A stretch of DNA of 46,146 nucleotides from a virus (lineage: Duplodnaviria; Caudoviricetes). The position numbers were made by a program, and so were the translations under genes. The stretch's first letter is position 1, and every line of letters starts with the position of its first letter. Shown here piece after piece: positions 30,032 through 39,807 of the stretch. The DNA lies in the IMG/VR virus record IMGVR_UViG_3300031605_000005, positions 1 to 46,146 of that record; one strand, given 5' to 3'. The notes beneath the pieces are model-generated. The model was given only the letters and a program-made list of their open reading frames with translations, had not been told where the DNA came from and ran no database searches.

Positions 30032-30583
30032 GAAAACTAGAATATCTGAGATTTTAGTCTTACTTCCAAAGAAGCTTTTTACTCTCCACTTATCATCAGG
30101 GTATACCAGCCAATGTGCTTGGTCCCTTATTAGTCTGTCGCCCCATACAAGAATTAAGGCAACATCATTGAGGGCATCAAGCTCGTCTAAGCTATCTACT
30201 TCAATTATTTCGTACCCGTACTTCTTGGCAACTTTTTTAACTTCGCTTGGAAACGTTATGATTATCGCTTCGTAATGGATAAGGGAAAGAGTATATCTTA
30301 AGGCATTTCCTGTATCCTGTATGTCTTTGCTCAAGCGATATCTATCAAGAGGTAAAGTGGACTTGTCCTTTAGGGATAATCTATAGAAAGCTTTTTCAAG
30401 AGCCTCTGGACCACAGGCATTCATATGCTTTACCAAATAGCCATCGGGGTCCGTCTTTAGATATTCAGGGTGAAATATTGAGCAACCTTGCAGCAATAGG
30501 AAAGCTACTATAAGTAAAATGAAAATTTTGAACTTACGAAAAATTGATTTCGTGCTAAATCCTTGTTGCAAAAAGAAACACAT
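29996..30583 (-). CDS. Lipoprotein with papain-like (C39-like) peptidase domain
   Basis: Hydrophobic signal and lipobox LLQG-C; NACGPEAL (catalytic Cys) and AHWLVY (His). Confidence 0.6.
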   Translation of the reverse strand: MCFFLQQGFSTKSIFRKFKIFILLIVAFLLLQGCSIFHPEYLKTDPDGYLVKHMNACGPEALEKAFYRLSLKDKSTLPLDRYRLSKDIQDTGNALRYTLSLIHYEAIIITFPSEVKKVAKKYGYEIIEVDSLDELDALNDVALILVWGDRLIRDQAHWLVYPDDKWRVKSFFGSKTKISDILVFKKKSEQPLSRR

Positions 30584-30585
30584 GT

Positions 30586-30792
30586 TTAAGTCAACCTAAT
30601 CGCCATAAATATATTAAGAGCAATACTCAACCCAAGCAGAGTGGCCATAGGTAATATCAGTTTCCAGTTGCTTTCGAATATGATTTTAGTTTCCTTCTCG
30701 CTCTTCGCTTTTTCTTTATCACTCACATACCACCAGTGCGAATTCTGGTCTAAGAACAAATACCTAGTCTCTTTTCTTGGCTTATTTTTCAT
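30586..30792 (-). CDS. Small membrane protein (C-terminal TM)
   Basis: 68 aa with LILPMATLLGLSIALNIFMAI. Confidence 0.6.
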   Translation of the reverse strand: MKNKPRKETRYLFLDQNSHWWYVSDKEKAKSEKETKIIFESNWKLILPMATLLGLSIALNIFMAIRLT

Positions 30793-31157
30793 ATGCCCTC
30801 CCTTGGGCTACTGGTCCAGTTCTTTGGGTTCGACCTGTTTATTTTATCGATAAGAGATTTTATCGCTCGATCTTGTTCGATGAGAATCTTGTGCTGTTCC
30901 TGAAGCCCTTTTTCCATCATCAGCATATCTCTGTGCTGTTTCAGAATGTAATTATCAGCGTTCTTTATGTTTCGGATTAGCGAAGCTTTCTCGACTAAGT
31001 GATTCAGTCTGTTATTCCCGATTCTAATTTCTTGGGATATAAATAAAACGAAACACACAGAAAGTGTGCCTAGCATCCAGCACAGGCCAACGGAATGCTT
31101 TTCTATCTTATCCCAAGCGGATTTTAAAATCCTACAAAAAAAAGCCACTATTTTCAT
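30789..31157 (-). CDS. Membrane-anchored coiled-coil protein (i-spanin-like architecture)
   Basis: N-terminal TM then heptad coiled coil; GTGTAA 11 nt upstream. Confidence 0.5.
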   Translation of the reverse strand: MKIVAFFCRILKSAWDKIEKHSVGLCWMLGTLSVCFVLFISQEIRIGNNRLNHLVEKASLIRNIKNADNYILKQHRDMLMMEKGLQEQHKILIEQDRAIKSLIDKINRSNPKNWTSSPREGI

Positions 31158-31193
31158 AGTGACTTTATTTACACCTAAAAAGGACGATATGAC

Positions 31194-31412
31194 TTAATCT
31201 TCTTTAGGAATCCCCCCTGCGTACCACCCTTCAGGTAGCTTAACTTTCTTTTTGGAAAGCACCCAAGAACCGTTTTGATTTACATATACCCTCCCTGTAA
31301 CATCTGGTCCTAAACGGACCATATCTGCTCCGGTATCAACGAAAACAACTCGTGTGCTCCCGCACCCAACTAGGAGAACGGCTAGACTAGCTAGAATTAG
31401 AATTCTCTTCAT
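31194..31412 (-). CDS. Lipoprotein, probable o-spanin
   Basis: MKRILILASLAVLLVG-C lipobox; overlaps the 3' end of the upstream gene as Rz1-type genes do. Confidence 0.65.
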   Translation of the reverse strand: MKRILILASLAVLLVGCGSTRVVFVDTGADMVRLGPDVTGRVYVNQNGSWVLSKKKVKLPEGWYAGGIPKED

Positions 31413-31581
31413 CTTTCTTCCTTTGTTCAGCCATCTTGGCTTCTTGTTCTTTTATTCTGTCGGCCCAACTCCTTTTGGTTTCTTTAGGAATATCAGTAGC
31501 ATCACCAGCCTTAGTGTCTTTCTTCACCTCGGCAGTTAGCCACTCTAAAACGGCTTTAATTAGGGCCGTTAGCCAAGTCAT
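31387..31581 (-). CDS. Possible i-spanin
   Basis: Amphipathic N-terminus and charged helix; sits between holin and lipoprotein with overlaps. Confidence 0.45.
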   Translation of the reverse strand: MTWLTALIKAVLEWLTAEVKKDTKAGDATDIPKETKRSWADRIKEQEAKMAEQRKKDEENSNSS

Positions 31582-31790
31582 TACTTGCCTTTGGCCATGC
31601 CTCTAGATACAGTATATCCAACTGCTCCGAGGGCTGCGACCACAAAGCCAAAGACTTTATTAGCTGTGCCGACACCTTCTGCATCGAGCAAGTCTGCGCC
31701 CCAGAGGAGCGATGCCAAAACTGTAAGACTTGTTAACCAGAATTCCGTAGTTTTCCAACCCGGCTTTACTTCATTACTTTTTGCTGCCAT
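31581..31790 (-). CDS. Holin (two TM segments; likely start MAAKSNEV at 31790)
   Basis: GWKTTEFW followed by two TM helices; AAGGA RBS before 31790. Confidence 0.7.
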   Translation of the reverse strand: MAAKSNEVKPGWKTTEFWLTSLTVLASLLWGADLLDAEGVGTANKVFGFVVAALGAVGYTVSRGMAKGK

Positions 31791-31812
31791 AATATTTTCC
31801 TTCTGTTCTTGT

Positions 31813-31941
31813 TTATATGTTGTCCCAACCTCGGTAGGGCTTTCCTTCATTATCTTGGCTATGGGGGTGTTCTTCTATTTTTTTTGGTCTCCAAAGTATA
31901 TAAAGAAGCCAATCCCAGCCTTTTTTAACAATATTCTTCAT
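31813..31941 (-). CDS. Small 42-aa protein (not in ORF track)
   Basis: MKNIVKKGWDWLLYILWRPKKIEEHPHSQDNEGKPYRGWDNI*; GTGTAA 12 nt upstream; fills the gap before the holin. Confidence 0.6.
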   Translation of the reverse strand: MKNIVKKGWDWLLYILWRPKKIEEHPHSQDNEGKPYRGWDNI

Positions 31942-31961
31942 GACTAAATAGTGTTACACCC

Positions 31962-33158
31962 CTAAATATTGATTTGACCACTTAAAAACAAACCTTTACT
32001 TAGGTCTTCTTGGTCTAGGTCAACGGCAAAACCAAGAGTCACCATCTTGTTGCTTCCTATAGTAGCTCTATAGGTGGCCCTTTCTAGATGACAAGCTTTC
32101 AGCATGTAACTATTAGCTAGTTGGGTGGTAACCCCTGTCGCTATTCCAGTAGCTGGACAATCCCTATTCCTGTGAATATCAATCGATATATCAAATTTGT
32201 CATTATGTGCTCTTAAGTTAGCAAGACTGCCAGCTTGGGAATCAGATACGATTGCGTCTACAGAAATGGTTGCCTGAGCGGGTTCTGTTATTGGGGAATC
32301 AATTGGGATTTTATATCCAATGCCACGTAGCGTTTGCCGTTGTAACTCTAGCTCCAAACTATAAGACTGTATTTTTAAGTCTTTAAGACTAAGCCCCATA
32401 TTCCCAGAAGTAACAAGTTCGGTTACGCTGAACTTTACATCCTTTGCTGATAATACTGTCGTGTTACCACCAGCAGTATTACCTCGGTAGGGCGGGATTG
32501 TTATATCTTTTGTGTTCTGCCCCGTGACCTGTTTGTAATGAATGATGGGCATAGGGATGGTTTCAGTGCCCAAGTTAATATTCTTAAAATGAGTAATGTC
32601 CGTTCCTTGCAGCGAAACAGTATTTTCTATAATTCCCCCAACGGAAACTTGAGAGGTATACCTTGATAGAAAGCAATTGCTAATTCCTATTACGTCCGAC
32701 TTGTGATCTACAACACCCTCGTACCACCCTTCACGGGTATCAATTCCATCTTCGGTCATTACGGTCACATAGAAGTTTCTCCTGTCTAAATTCCTGTCCC
32801 CCGTATTTGTGAAGCTATTGATAAGCGACTGCTCAAAATTATCAGCTTGAGAAGGGGTTCCATCTTCGCCAGATTGGTGATTGAAATCGAGCCCGAATAA
32901 CTGTTCGTTTTTAAAACTTCCCAGATAATAATTTAGGTCTATGTTTACCGTGGGCTGTGATATTATGGGCCTAGCTGCTAAGCCAAGTTTTCCCATTTGG
33001 GCAATATCCGCCCTATCTATATTGAACGAGTAATCTAGAGACTGTATTCTCTCAAGGGTATCTGGATTTTTGTGGACAGGACTACTTTCCGTCCCGCTTA
33101 TAATCGCTGGCCCCACGAAGGCTGCTTGCGCTTGGTAAGTGACGCGGTTTCTGGCCAT
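31962..33158 (-). CDS. Tail-tube-like paralogue
   Basis: Colinear similarity to 11990..13237 (MARNRVTYQ/MPRNRVIYQ; YSFNIDR/YSFNIER; KIQSYS; IGSNK; GLFLSG/GLWMSG). Confidence 0.75.
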   Translation of the reverse strand: MARNRVTYQAQAAFVGPAIISGTESSPVHKNPDTLERIQSLDYSFNIDRADIAQMGKLGLAARPIISQPTVNIDLNYYLGSFKNEQLFGLDFNHQSGEDGTPSQADNFEQSLINSFTNTGDRNLDRRNFYVTVMTEDGIDTREGWYEGVVDHKSDVIGISNCFLSRYTSQVSVGGIIENTVSLQGTDITHFKNINLGTETIPMPIIHYKQVTGQNTKDITIPPYRGNTAGGNTTVLSAKDVKFSVTELVTSGNMGLSLKDLKIQSYSLELELQRQTLRGIGYKIPIDSPITEPAQATISVDAIVSDSQAGSLANLRAHNDKFDISIDIHRNRDCPATGIATGVTTQLANSYMLKACHLERATYRATIGSNKMVTLGFAVDLDQEDLSKGLFLSGQINI

Positions 33159-33160
33159 GT

Positions 33161-35158
33161 TTAAGTCCTGCTCGCATATAAAATTCCAGCCATGAAATCA
33201 TCTAGCTGATGTTCTAGGGCAACCTCTTGGACACTACTGACACGCTCTTGGTTTTTATCCAATGGCTTATCTATGTAGTTCTTCGATTCTTTAATCCAAT
33301 CCTTTGGCTCTTCATTACTCATGACGATGCTCGTGATGGTGTCTGCTACCGCTAACTGCTTCTCACTTAGCTCTTTTAGTTTGTGCTTACGCTTTAGCGA
33401 CGAAACGACCTTAGTATTAAGCTTTTGGCTGAGAAGCATATTTTCCCTTACCTTCTTCATACTATAGTTGTAATCATCACCAGCGACTACAGGCGGATTC
33501 GATACTCTACTCTGAGGGCCTTCGCCAACAGGAGAAACATTTTGGGTACTCTGTGGCGTCCCCGTTCCAGCGGGTCTGCCACTGGGTTCGCTTATTTTTT
33601 GTTTTTGAATTTTGGCCTGTTCTTTTGCTTTTTTGTCTTCGATTTTGACTTGATGATCTAACTGCTTATCAGCAAGTTCTTTTTGGGTGTTAGGTCCCCC
33701 AACCATAGGCTCATATAGACCCTTCTTTTTGAGCTTGAGGAATTCTTCGTGATTATCTATCGAATCTTCGACATCTGGAAGTCTACCACTCTTAAGTGCT
33801 TCCATACCTTCCTCTGGAGTAAGAATACCTATTTCAACCATCCTGCTATAAATCCTCGCCATGTTAGTCGGGTCACGCAAAGTGATCTCATCAAACTGAG
33901 GAGTAGGTGGAGCTTGTAATCCAAGCTCTTTAGAAATTCTTTTGATTTCGGGGATCAAAAAGTCATTGAGGAAAGCTCGCTGGGCTTGCTTCAACCTACC
34001 AAGAAACATTTCCGCTTTAGCTGTCTGGTTCGCAAACCTTTCACCAGCACCAAGCAAGATGTTGTTTAATCCGATTTGGATATCCTTATTAACGGTCTCG
34101 TACTTCTTAGGATCAAGAAGCTGGGCGATGTCGGGGATAACAAATTGAGCCTTCGTAGTATAATCAGCGATAAGAACCCTGCCTACGGACTGATTTGTGA
34201 AAAGTTTTTGCATGGCCTCAATATTCTTCTGGTTAACTCCTCCCTTTTCAGGCTCGTCACCCATTGTAACAAGAAGTATGGCTTGATTAGTTGTCCTAGT
34301 CATAGCCATGTCCATTTTCTTCATTTCTTGTTTCCAGTTCAAATCTTCAAGCACTGGAAATCCCATAGGCACAGCAAGTGGCTCATAATCTTGCTTCTTG
34401 TAGAAAACAGCGTACATCTTTTCGCTGTCCAAAGGCATGGTCAGATAAGGAGTCCTTCTACTCTTCACTTCCTTCCTAATGTCGCTAGGTAGATTTTTAA
34501 ATACCTCTTCGTCTTCTTCTGTCTTCGGGTTTCTCAGTCTTTCTAGCTCGTAATCAGAAAGAACCTTGTAATATTTATTCTCCTGAAAAGTGATATTACC
34601 TTTGGCTTGCACATCGGCTGGGTTGAGAATTATGTAGCGTGAAGGGAGCATCATGTCTTTGCTCTCCGCACCAAAAGTTTGAGCAATTCTTCTTATGTCC
34701 TTCTGCTGTATTTTAGAGTCAAACCTATATACAAATACATTTCCACTTCTGTAGTATTCCCTGAAGAACTTGTCCTGAAGGGTCCACAAGCCGATCTTAT
34801 CGAAGTAAGCATTAAAAAAGTTTCTTGATTTTTTATTGCCGTCTGTGAGGAAAACGTCACCAACGGTAAACTCCGTCATTAGATCAATCGTGGTCCTGAA
34901 TATAGCGAAATTGTAATAAGCTTTTTGACATAGTATTACCGCGTCCTTTACATCCATCCCTGAGTAATTGGAGGTACTCTTAGAATAGTTAAAGGGTACG
35001 AGACCGTCTGAGATATTTGAAAATCTGTCGGTTCTCTCTATGCTGGCAGACTTGTTCCTTCTTGTTCGAGTCTCAGCAGCCTCACTAACCATCATGGGCT
35101 CGATGTTCCTCTTTCGGACAGTTTTTGCCTTCTTCGGAGTGCCTTCTTCTTTATTCAT
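33161..35158 (-). CDS. Portal protein
   Basis: 665 aa directly after terminase; FFREYYRSGNVFVY and helical portal-like pattern. Confidence 0.8.
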   Translation of the reverse strand: MNKEEGTPKKAKTVRKRNIEPMMVSEAAETRTRRNKSASIERTDRFSNISDGLVPFNYSKSTSNYSGMDVKDAVILCQKAYYNFAIFRTTIDLMTEFTVGDVFLTDGNKKSRNFFNAYFDKIGLWTLQDKFFREYYRSGNVFVYRFDSKIQQKDIRRIAQTFGAESKDMMLPSRYIILNPADVQAKGNITFQENKYYKVLSDYELERLRNPKTEEDEEVFKNLPSDIRKEVKSRRTPYLTMPLDSEKMYAVFYKKQDYEPLAVPMGFPVLEDLNWKQEMKKMDMAMTRTTNQAILLVTMGDEPEKGGVNQKNIEAMQKLFTNQSVGRVLIADYTTKAQFVIPDIAQLLDPKKYETVNKDIQIGLNNILLGAGERFANQTAKAEMFLGRLKQAQRAFLNDFLIPEIKRISKELGLQAPPTPQFDEITLRDPTNMARIYSRMVEIGILTPEEGMEALKSGRLPDVEDSIDNHEEFLKLKKKGLYEPMVGGPNTQKELADKQLDHQVKIEDKKAKEQAKIQKQKISEPSGRPAGTGTPQSTQNVSPVGEGPQSRVSNPPVVAGDDYNYSMKKVRENMLLSQKLNTKVVSSLKRKHKLKELSEKQLAVADTITSIVMSNEEPKDWIKESKNYIDKPLDKNQERVSSVQEVALEHQLDDFMAGILYASRT

Positions 35159-35180
35159 AAATAACAGTTAAAATTACACA

Positions 35181-37001
35181 CTAATCTATCATTATCGGTG
35201 AGAAAGTTTGATGGGATGTTTCCTGAACGTCCGCCATATCAAAATAGCATCTCGTTGCCCAACAAGCCAACATTAACGTAGTATAGTTATCTTTTCTAGC
35301 CCTGTGCTGAGAAGTACTCCTTTTTAAATGCTGTGGCAAGTCAAATGTCTGGGTTCCCCTTGGGGTCGTCTTCACTTCTACTAGAGCGCACTGACGCTTG
35401 GTTTGGTAGACATGGTTATCTTGCTGTTCTATAAGGTCTAGGACCGATTCGCTGGCTGAATGATCTAGATTAACCCTATAATTACTTTGTTTGTTGAATG
35501 CCTTTTCGTTAGCGGTGGTCTTCGAAGCAAACCATATTTTCTTATGATCTATCGCAGCTTGTAGATGTTCGTTAGCCTTTCTTATCCAATTAGAGGAGAA
35601 AACCTGTTTGAAGCAAATTGTCCCAGCAATTTTGTTGTACTGTCTCTTTGCTGCCTTAAGTTGATTTGTGTATTCGTTTCCCTCTGCGTCACTATTAAAA
35701 TCAAAGAAGTTAATTTCTCGATCCTTGAAGAGCTCAGACTCATTACAGCCATCTATAAACTGATACCCCGCGTTATCAATGCATATCATTTCTATATCGA
35801 AGGCATTTGTTATATAACTCAGGTATTTAATGTGATCCTTAAGGTCTCCTCCAGCCACAGCGTATGAATGCACCAACACGCCTGTTCTAGTCTCGGTATC
35901 GATCTCCAGAAGAGACATTGCGAAATAATCAGAGGTAGGACTATTACTAAAACTTGGGTCAATCCCAAGTATGTATTTCTCACCCTTGTTGCCTCTTACG
36001 AGGGTAGTTGGTTCTTGGCCATCGACTACTGTACAATCGTGCATTTTTTTTGCACTAAAGTAGGAGTCGCTCCCATCCGAAAACAGAGCACAGTACTCCC
36101 GCTGAAAAGAAGAGTGGCTTTGGCCACCGTTTTGAGCTTCCTCAATTACCGTTTGGTCTATCATGTGATCAGGGAGAGCTTCGAATCCAAGCTGTGAAAT
36201 GAAATACTTGCTTTCTTTTATTTCTTCGCTTTCTATATGCTCTATCCACTCCTTATAGGTTTTATAAAGATTTTCAAATGTATAGCTCGCTGAAGATAAA
36301 GCTATCATTTTACTATCGTTTTCGAAAACCATTCTTTCGCTTTCGGTCATTGCCCCTGCTTTAATTAACTTGTCTTCCATTTCGCGTATCTCAATACGCT
36401 CTTTCATGTTTTGTGGGGCAACCAAGAACGGCATTAGGACTGTTTTAATGATGTCTTCAGGCAACAAAAGAAACTCATCAAGCACGAGTATATTTGCACG
36501 AAAACCACGAATTTTTTCTCCGTTAAGAGGTATGGCCGTTATAGAGCCTCCGTTAATTTGCCATTCGAATTGGTCATTTCTTTTCGCTTTTGCTCCAAAC
36601 GCTTGAGCCAAAAGCTCCGCACCTTTCGATTCCACTAGCTTTTCAATATTGTTAAATATGAATCTAGCGGTACGGAATGTCGGGCCAGCCACAAGTATTT
36701 TTGTTCCCGGATTAAATACACATTGCAAAAAACAAAAGACTGAAGCTATGAAAGTTTTACCACAACCACGACCCCAGACGCACATACTAAAGTTTCTGTT
36801 CATCATACCCTTTAGGGTTATTTCTTGGTATGGAGCAAGCTTAATCCCAGATATGAGTTCCGTAGTAAAACCTAAATTAGCCCTAAGAAATTTAGCTAAT
36901 GAAATTTTAGCTTCTTTATCTTTTAGCTCTCCTTTGATCGATAATAACTCCTTGTTAATATCAGGTAGACTCGTTTTATATTTTTCAGGACAATACCACA
37001 T
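35181..37001 (-). CDS. terL: Terminase large subunit
   Basis: LAPYQ, Walker A GRGCGKT, Walker B LVLDE, coupling motif LSSA, FQREYCA, RNase H ILGIDPS and RKDNYTT. Confidence 0.92.
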   Translation of the reverse strand: MWYCPEKYKTSLPDINKELLSIKGELKDKEAKISLAKFLRANLGFTTELISGIKLAPYQEITLKGMMNRNFSMCVWGRGCGKTFIASVFCFLQCVFNPGTKILVAGPTFRTARFIFNNIEKLVESKGAELLAQAFGAKAKRNDQFEWQINGGSITAIPLNGEKIRGFRANILVLDEFLLLPEDIIKTVLMPFLVAPQNMKERIEIREMEDKLIKAGAMTESERMVFENDSKMIALSSASYTFENLYKTYKEWIEHIESEEIKESKYFISQLGFEALPDHMIDQTVIEEAQNGGQSHSSFQREYCALFSDGSDSYFSAKKMHDCTVVDGQEPTTLVRGNKGEKYILGIDPSFSNSPTSDYFAMSLLEIDTETRTGVLVHSYAVAGGDLKDHIKYLSYITNAFDIEMICIDNAGYQFIDGCNESELFKDREINFFDFNSDAEGNEYTNQLKAAKRQYNKIAGTICFKQVFSSNWIRKANEHLQAAIDHKKIWFASKTTANEKAFNKQSNYRVNLDHSASESVLDLIEQQDNHVYQTKRQCALVEVKTTPRGTQTFDLPQHLKRSTSQHRARKDNYTTLMLACWATRCYFDMADVQETSHQTFSPIMID

Positions 37002-37948
37002 TATAACTTCTTCGAGTCGTAAGCCAACTGTAAGTCAACCTTTCCGACTATCTCTTCGTTACTGAAAATTTTCTCCACAACTCTAGATGCCTCCTTTCTT
37101 CCGTCCACAAAAAGGAACTGTATCAAAGGGTACTCTCTTATCAAGTTTCTAACTCTCCTCAGTATATACTGAGAAGTCACTCTTGTGTTTTTAAATATTC
37201 TCTCTTTGCTGTGCTGCTTCCTTAAATGCCCAAACGATAATGCATGTTTGAAGTCTTGCTCTATCAATATGACCAATAGAGTATTTGCTTCTTGGGCTTT
37301 TTCTATTTCCCTACAAAATCTATCGTAGTTATCTGGCCTAAGAGTCCCCACGAAATCCGCCAATGACTTCCTCTCTATTCTGCACGTATTTACTTCTCCA
37401 TCGGTAGACAGGACGTAATCGCCAAATTTGAGACCCTTCAGTTCTGTTTTAGTATTAAACCTAAGCGGGTTTTTCTCCCTAGTATCTACATATATGACCG
37501 AATCATTGCTTATTGGCTCCCCCTCGAATAAAAAAGTTTTTTTATATTTATTCTTTAACCCAATGCTCTCACAGGCGTCATAGTAATCTCCGAAAATTTG
37601 ATTTAGCTCATCTATAGCAGGAAACCTTAGGCTTCTTAATTCGACCTGACACATGGAATATTCCATGTTCTTCTTCTCTGCTCTGCTTTTTATCAAATTA
37701 AGGCAAAGAGTCCTGACTTCATCAGAGGGTCTTTCTTCTCTCCATTTCTTGAAGTTTAGGTGACTATTGAAAAGCGATTCGAGGTACTGCTCTTTGGTCT
37801 TATACTCAATCAGTTCACCGTCATAAAGATCATATCGAGGAAAGAATTCCTGATAGTAATTACCCACTTTTATCTTGTGAGCTTTCAGGTGAGCGTGAAG
37901 AGAACGGTCAGACTTGAACTCTTTCTCACAAATTTTGCACTTACCCAT
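37001..37948 (-). CDS. C2H2 zinc finger plus ERCC4/XPF-type nuclease
   Basis: CKIC...HLKAH; IYVDTRE, GDY and IERKSLADF motifs. Confidence 0.85.
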   Translation of the reverse strand: MGKCKICEKEFKSDRSLHAHLKAHKIKVGNYYQEFFPRYDLYDGELIEYKTKEQYLESLFNSHLNFKKWREERPSDEVRTLCLNLIKSRAEKKNMEYSMCQVELRSLRFPAIDELNQIFGDYYDACESIGLKNKYKKTFLFEGEPISNDSVIYVDTREKNPLRFNTKTELKGLKFGDYVLSTDGEVNTCRIERKSLADFVGTLRPDNYDRFCREIEKAQEANTLLVILIEQDFKHALSFGHLRKQHSKERIFKNTRVTSQYILRRVRNLIREYPLIQFLFVDGRKEASRVVEKIFSNEEIVGKVDLQLAYDSKKL

Positions 37949-39023
37949 TTAGAACCTCATCTTCACTTAACCCTAGTATCCTGCCTTTGAGTTCTTCCAT
38001 AGTACTCAACCTCCCAACCTCTTCAGAAAGAGCAACCTTCCTTAGATCGGCTAACTTGATCATTTTTATTCGGGACTCTTCGTCTTTCCACATCTCAACC
38101 AAATTTAAAATACTAGCGTTATTCTTAAGCTCTTTGCTTAGCCGAGTACTCCTCTTTTCCTTCAGGTCATTGAGAAGCTTCGTTTGTCTGTTGATACATT
38201 GGTTATACTCAGTCTGGCATGAGGAAATCGCCTCAATTAAACTCATCGACATCCTTCTCCCTTCACTGTCGTCAGCAGAATCATCCATAAGATTGCTTAG
38301 CCTCTCCACTCTCGCTTGAACAGTAGAAGCGATAACAACTTCACAAGACATAACTATGTATTGGTCTACTTCCTCTTGGGTAAGGTCATATTTGTCATGG
38401 GTATACCTTACGAAGCTACTTTCGAAAAGGTCTCTGTCACTTGTTGACATGTAACTATTTATTTGATGAACAAATCTATACGTAGACAGGTATCCTACTA
38501 GTGAATGAACAGCTTTTCTTTGGGCGGGAGATATTTTGTCTTTATCTAATGCAGGGTGAACAAATTTATTAATTCTGGCTAAGCACGAGGAAAAAGTCTT
38601 AGGAGTTTTATACTCTTCAGAAACTGCACTCTCTATGGGCATGAGTAAAGATTCTCGTGGCAAAGTCTCTAAGAACTCTGTCACGCATCTCGATTCTTGA
38701 CTAAGGTTACTAAGCTTGTTGTCCTTGAAAACGACCCTTGTTAATTCCAAGGACTTCATGGTGCAAGCGTTGTTCCTTATGAACTCAATGTCTTCTTCGG
38801 TAAGGTTGATCTTCTTTTTCGGCTTGTACTCGTGAGCACCCCTCGCCTTTATATCACTATTGGCTAAAAATTCTTTAACCGCCCTTCCTTCTTTACTTCT
38901 CCCGTCTAGGTCTTGACCGGGGAACGCTTTAGTTATTAGATCAAGAAGAGATGGCGGATCATCAGGATTATTATTCCATTCATCCATGATAATTTGCTGT
39001 TGCTCGTTTGTTAGGTCGTTCAT
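37941..39023 (-). CDS. Helical hypothetical protein (possible terminase small-subunit equivalent)
   Basis: 360 aa upstream of nuclease and terminase, with C-terminal coiled coil; function inferred from position only. Confidence 0.4.
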   Translation of the reverse strand: MNDLTNEQQQIIMDEWNNNPDDPPSLLDLITKAFPGQDLDGRSKEGRAVKEFLANSDIKARGAHEYKPKKKINLTEEDIEFIRNNACTMKSLELTRVVFKDNKLSNLSQESRCVTEFLETLPRESLLMPIESAVSEEYKTPKTFSSCLARINKFVHPALDKDKISPAQRKAVHSLVGYLSTYRFVHQINSYMSTSDRDLFESSFVRYTHDKYDLTQEEVDQYIVMSCEVVIASTVQARVERLSNLMDDSADDSEGRRMSMSLIEAISSCQTEYNQCINRQTKLLNDLKEKRSTRLSKELKNNASILNLVEMWKDEESRIKMIKLADLRKVALSEEVGRLSTMEELKGRILGLSEDEVLNG

Positions 39024-39024
39024 C

Positions 39025-39798
39025 CTAAATAAAATCTATTTCACCACCGGAGAGTATTTTTTTCGCCTTTTCAATTATACTTTTTTTAATGTTCTTAATC
39101 TGCTTGTATCCGGGCGATCTATTCTTTTCGTTCGTTTTGTAGCCCATCTTTTTTGCTGTCTCGTTTTCATCTAGGTGCTTTATGTAAAGCAGCTTGTAAA
39201 CTTTCCACTCTATTGGCTTTAAAACCTGTTGCATCTTTAAATGTAGTTTCTCGGCAGCATCTTCAATATTAACATTCTGTCCAAATCTATCGTATACTTC
39301 TTGCGAATGGTTCTCTAGGGCTAATGGCAACTTTGCATTGTACGCTGATTTCTTAGTGTTCACCCAGTTCTTGTATAAGGGGCACGAGGAATCCTGTTTC
39401 CCGTATATCCGACATAAGTCTTCTCCCTCGGCTGCTGCACATTTTAAGCATGGTCTAGAAAAGTTACCGTAGTTGTTTCTTATTAGGTTCTTTATCTGGT
39501 TTGATATGAGCCTGTTCAGCCAAGGCCCAAGCGATTTAGATGGATCGTATAAATGCCACTTTTTGAATATATGTATTCTTAATATTTGAGATACGTCGTC
39601 GAAGTCCATCCAAGCTAAAATAGTAAGTGTCCACTTGCTTCTTCTTTTCCTTATTTCGTTGTCTATCTCGTCTATACAGTCTTCAAACTTCGGCTGCTTT
39701 ATTTCGGATTCCTTTTTATCGTGATCTATTTTTTTCTTATTAACTACCCTCTTTGAAGGTCTCTTTGCGGATTTTTTGTTTCCATCCGAGGGCTTCAA
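39025..39798 (-). CDS. Sigma-70 family (ECF-like) sigma factor with Cys4 insertion
   Basis: Region 2 (DFDDVSQ...YDPSKSLGPWLNRLISNQIKN) and region 4 HTH (LKPIEWKVYKLLY...ETAKKMG); CLKC-x8-C-x10-C between them. Confidence 0.85.
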   Translation of the reverse strand: MKPSDGNKKSAKRPSKRVVNKKKIDHDKKESEIKQPKFEDCIDEIDNEIRKRRSKWTLTILAWMDFDDVSQILRIHIFKKWHLYDPSKSLGPWLNRLISNQIKNLIRNNYGNFSRPCLKCAAAEGEDLCRIYGKQDSSCPLYKNWVNTKKSAYNAKLPLALENHSQEVYDRFGQNVNIEDAAEKLHLKMQQVLKPIEWKVYKLLYIKHLDENETAKKMGYKTNEKNRSPGYKQIKNIKKSIIEKAKKILSGGEIDFI

Positions 39799-39807
39799 AA
39801 AATAGGG

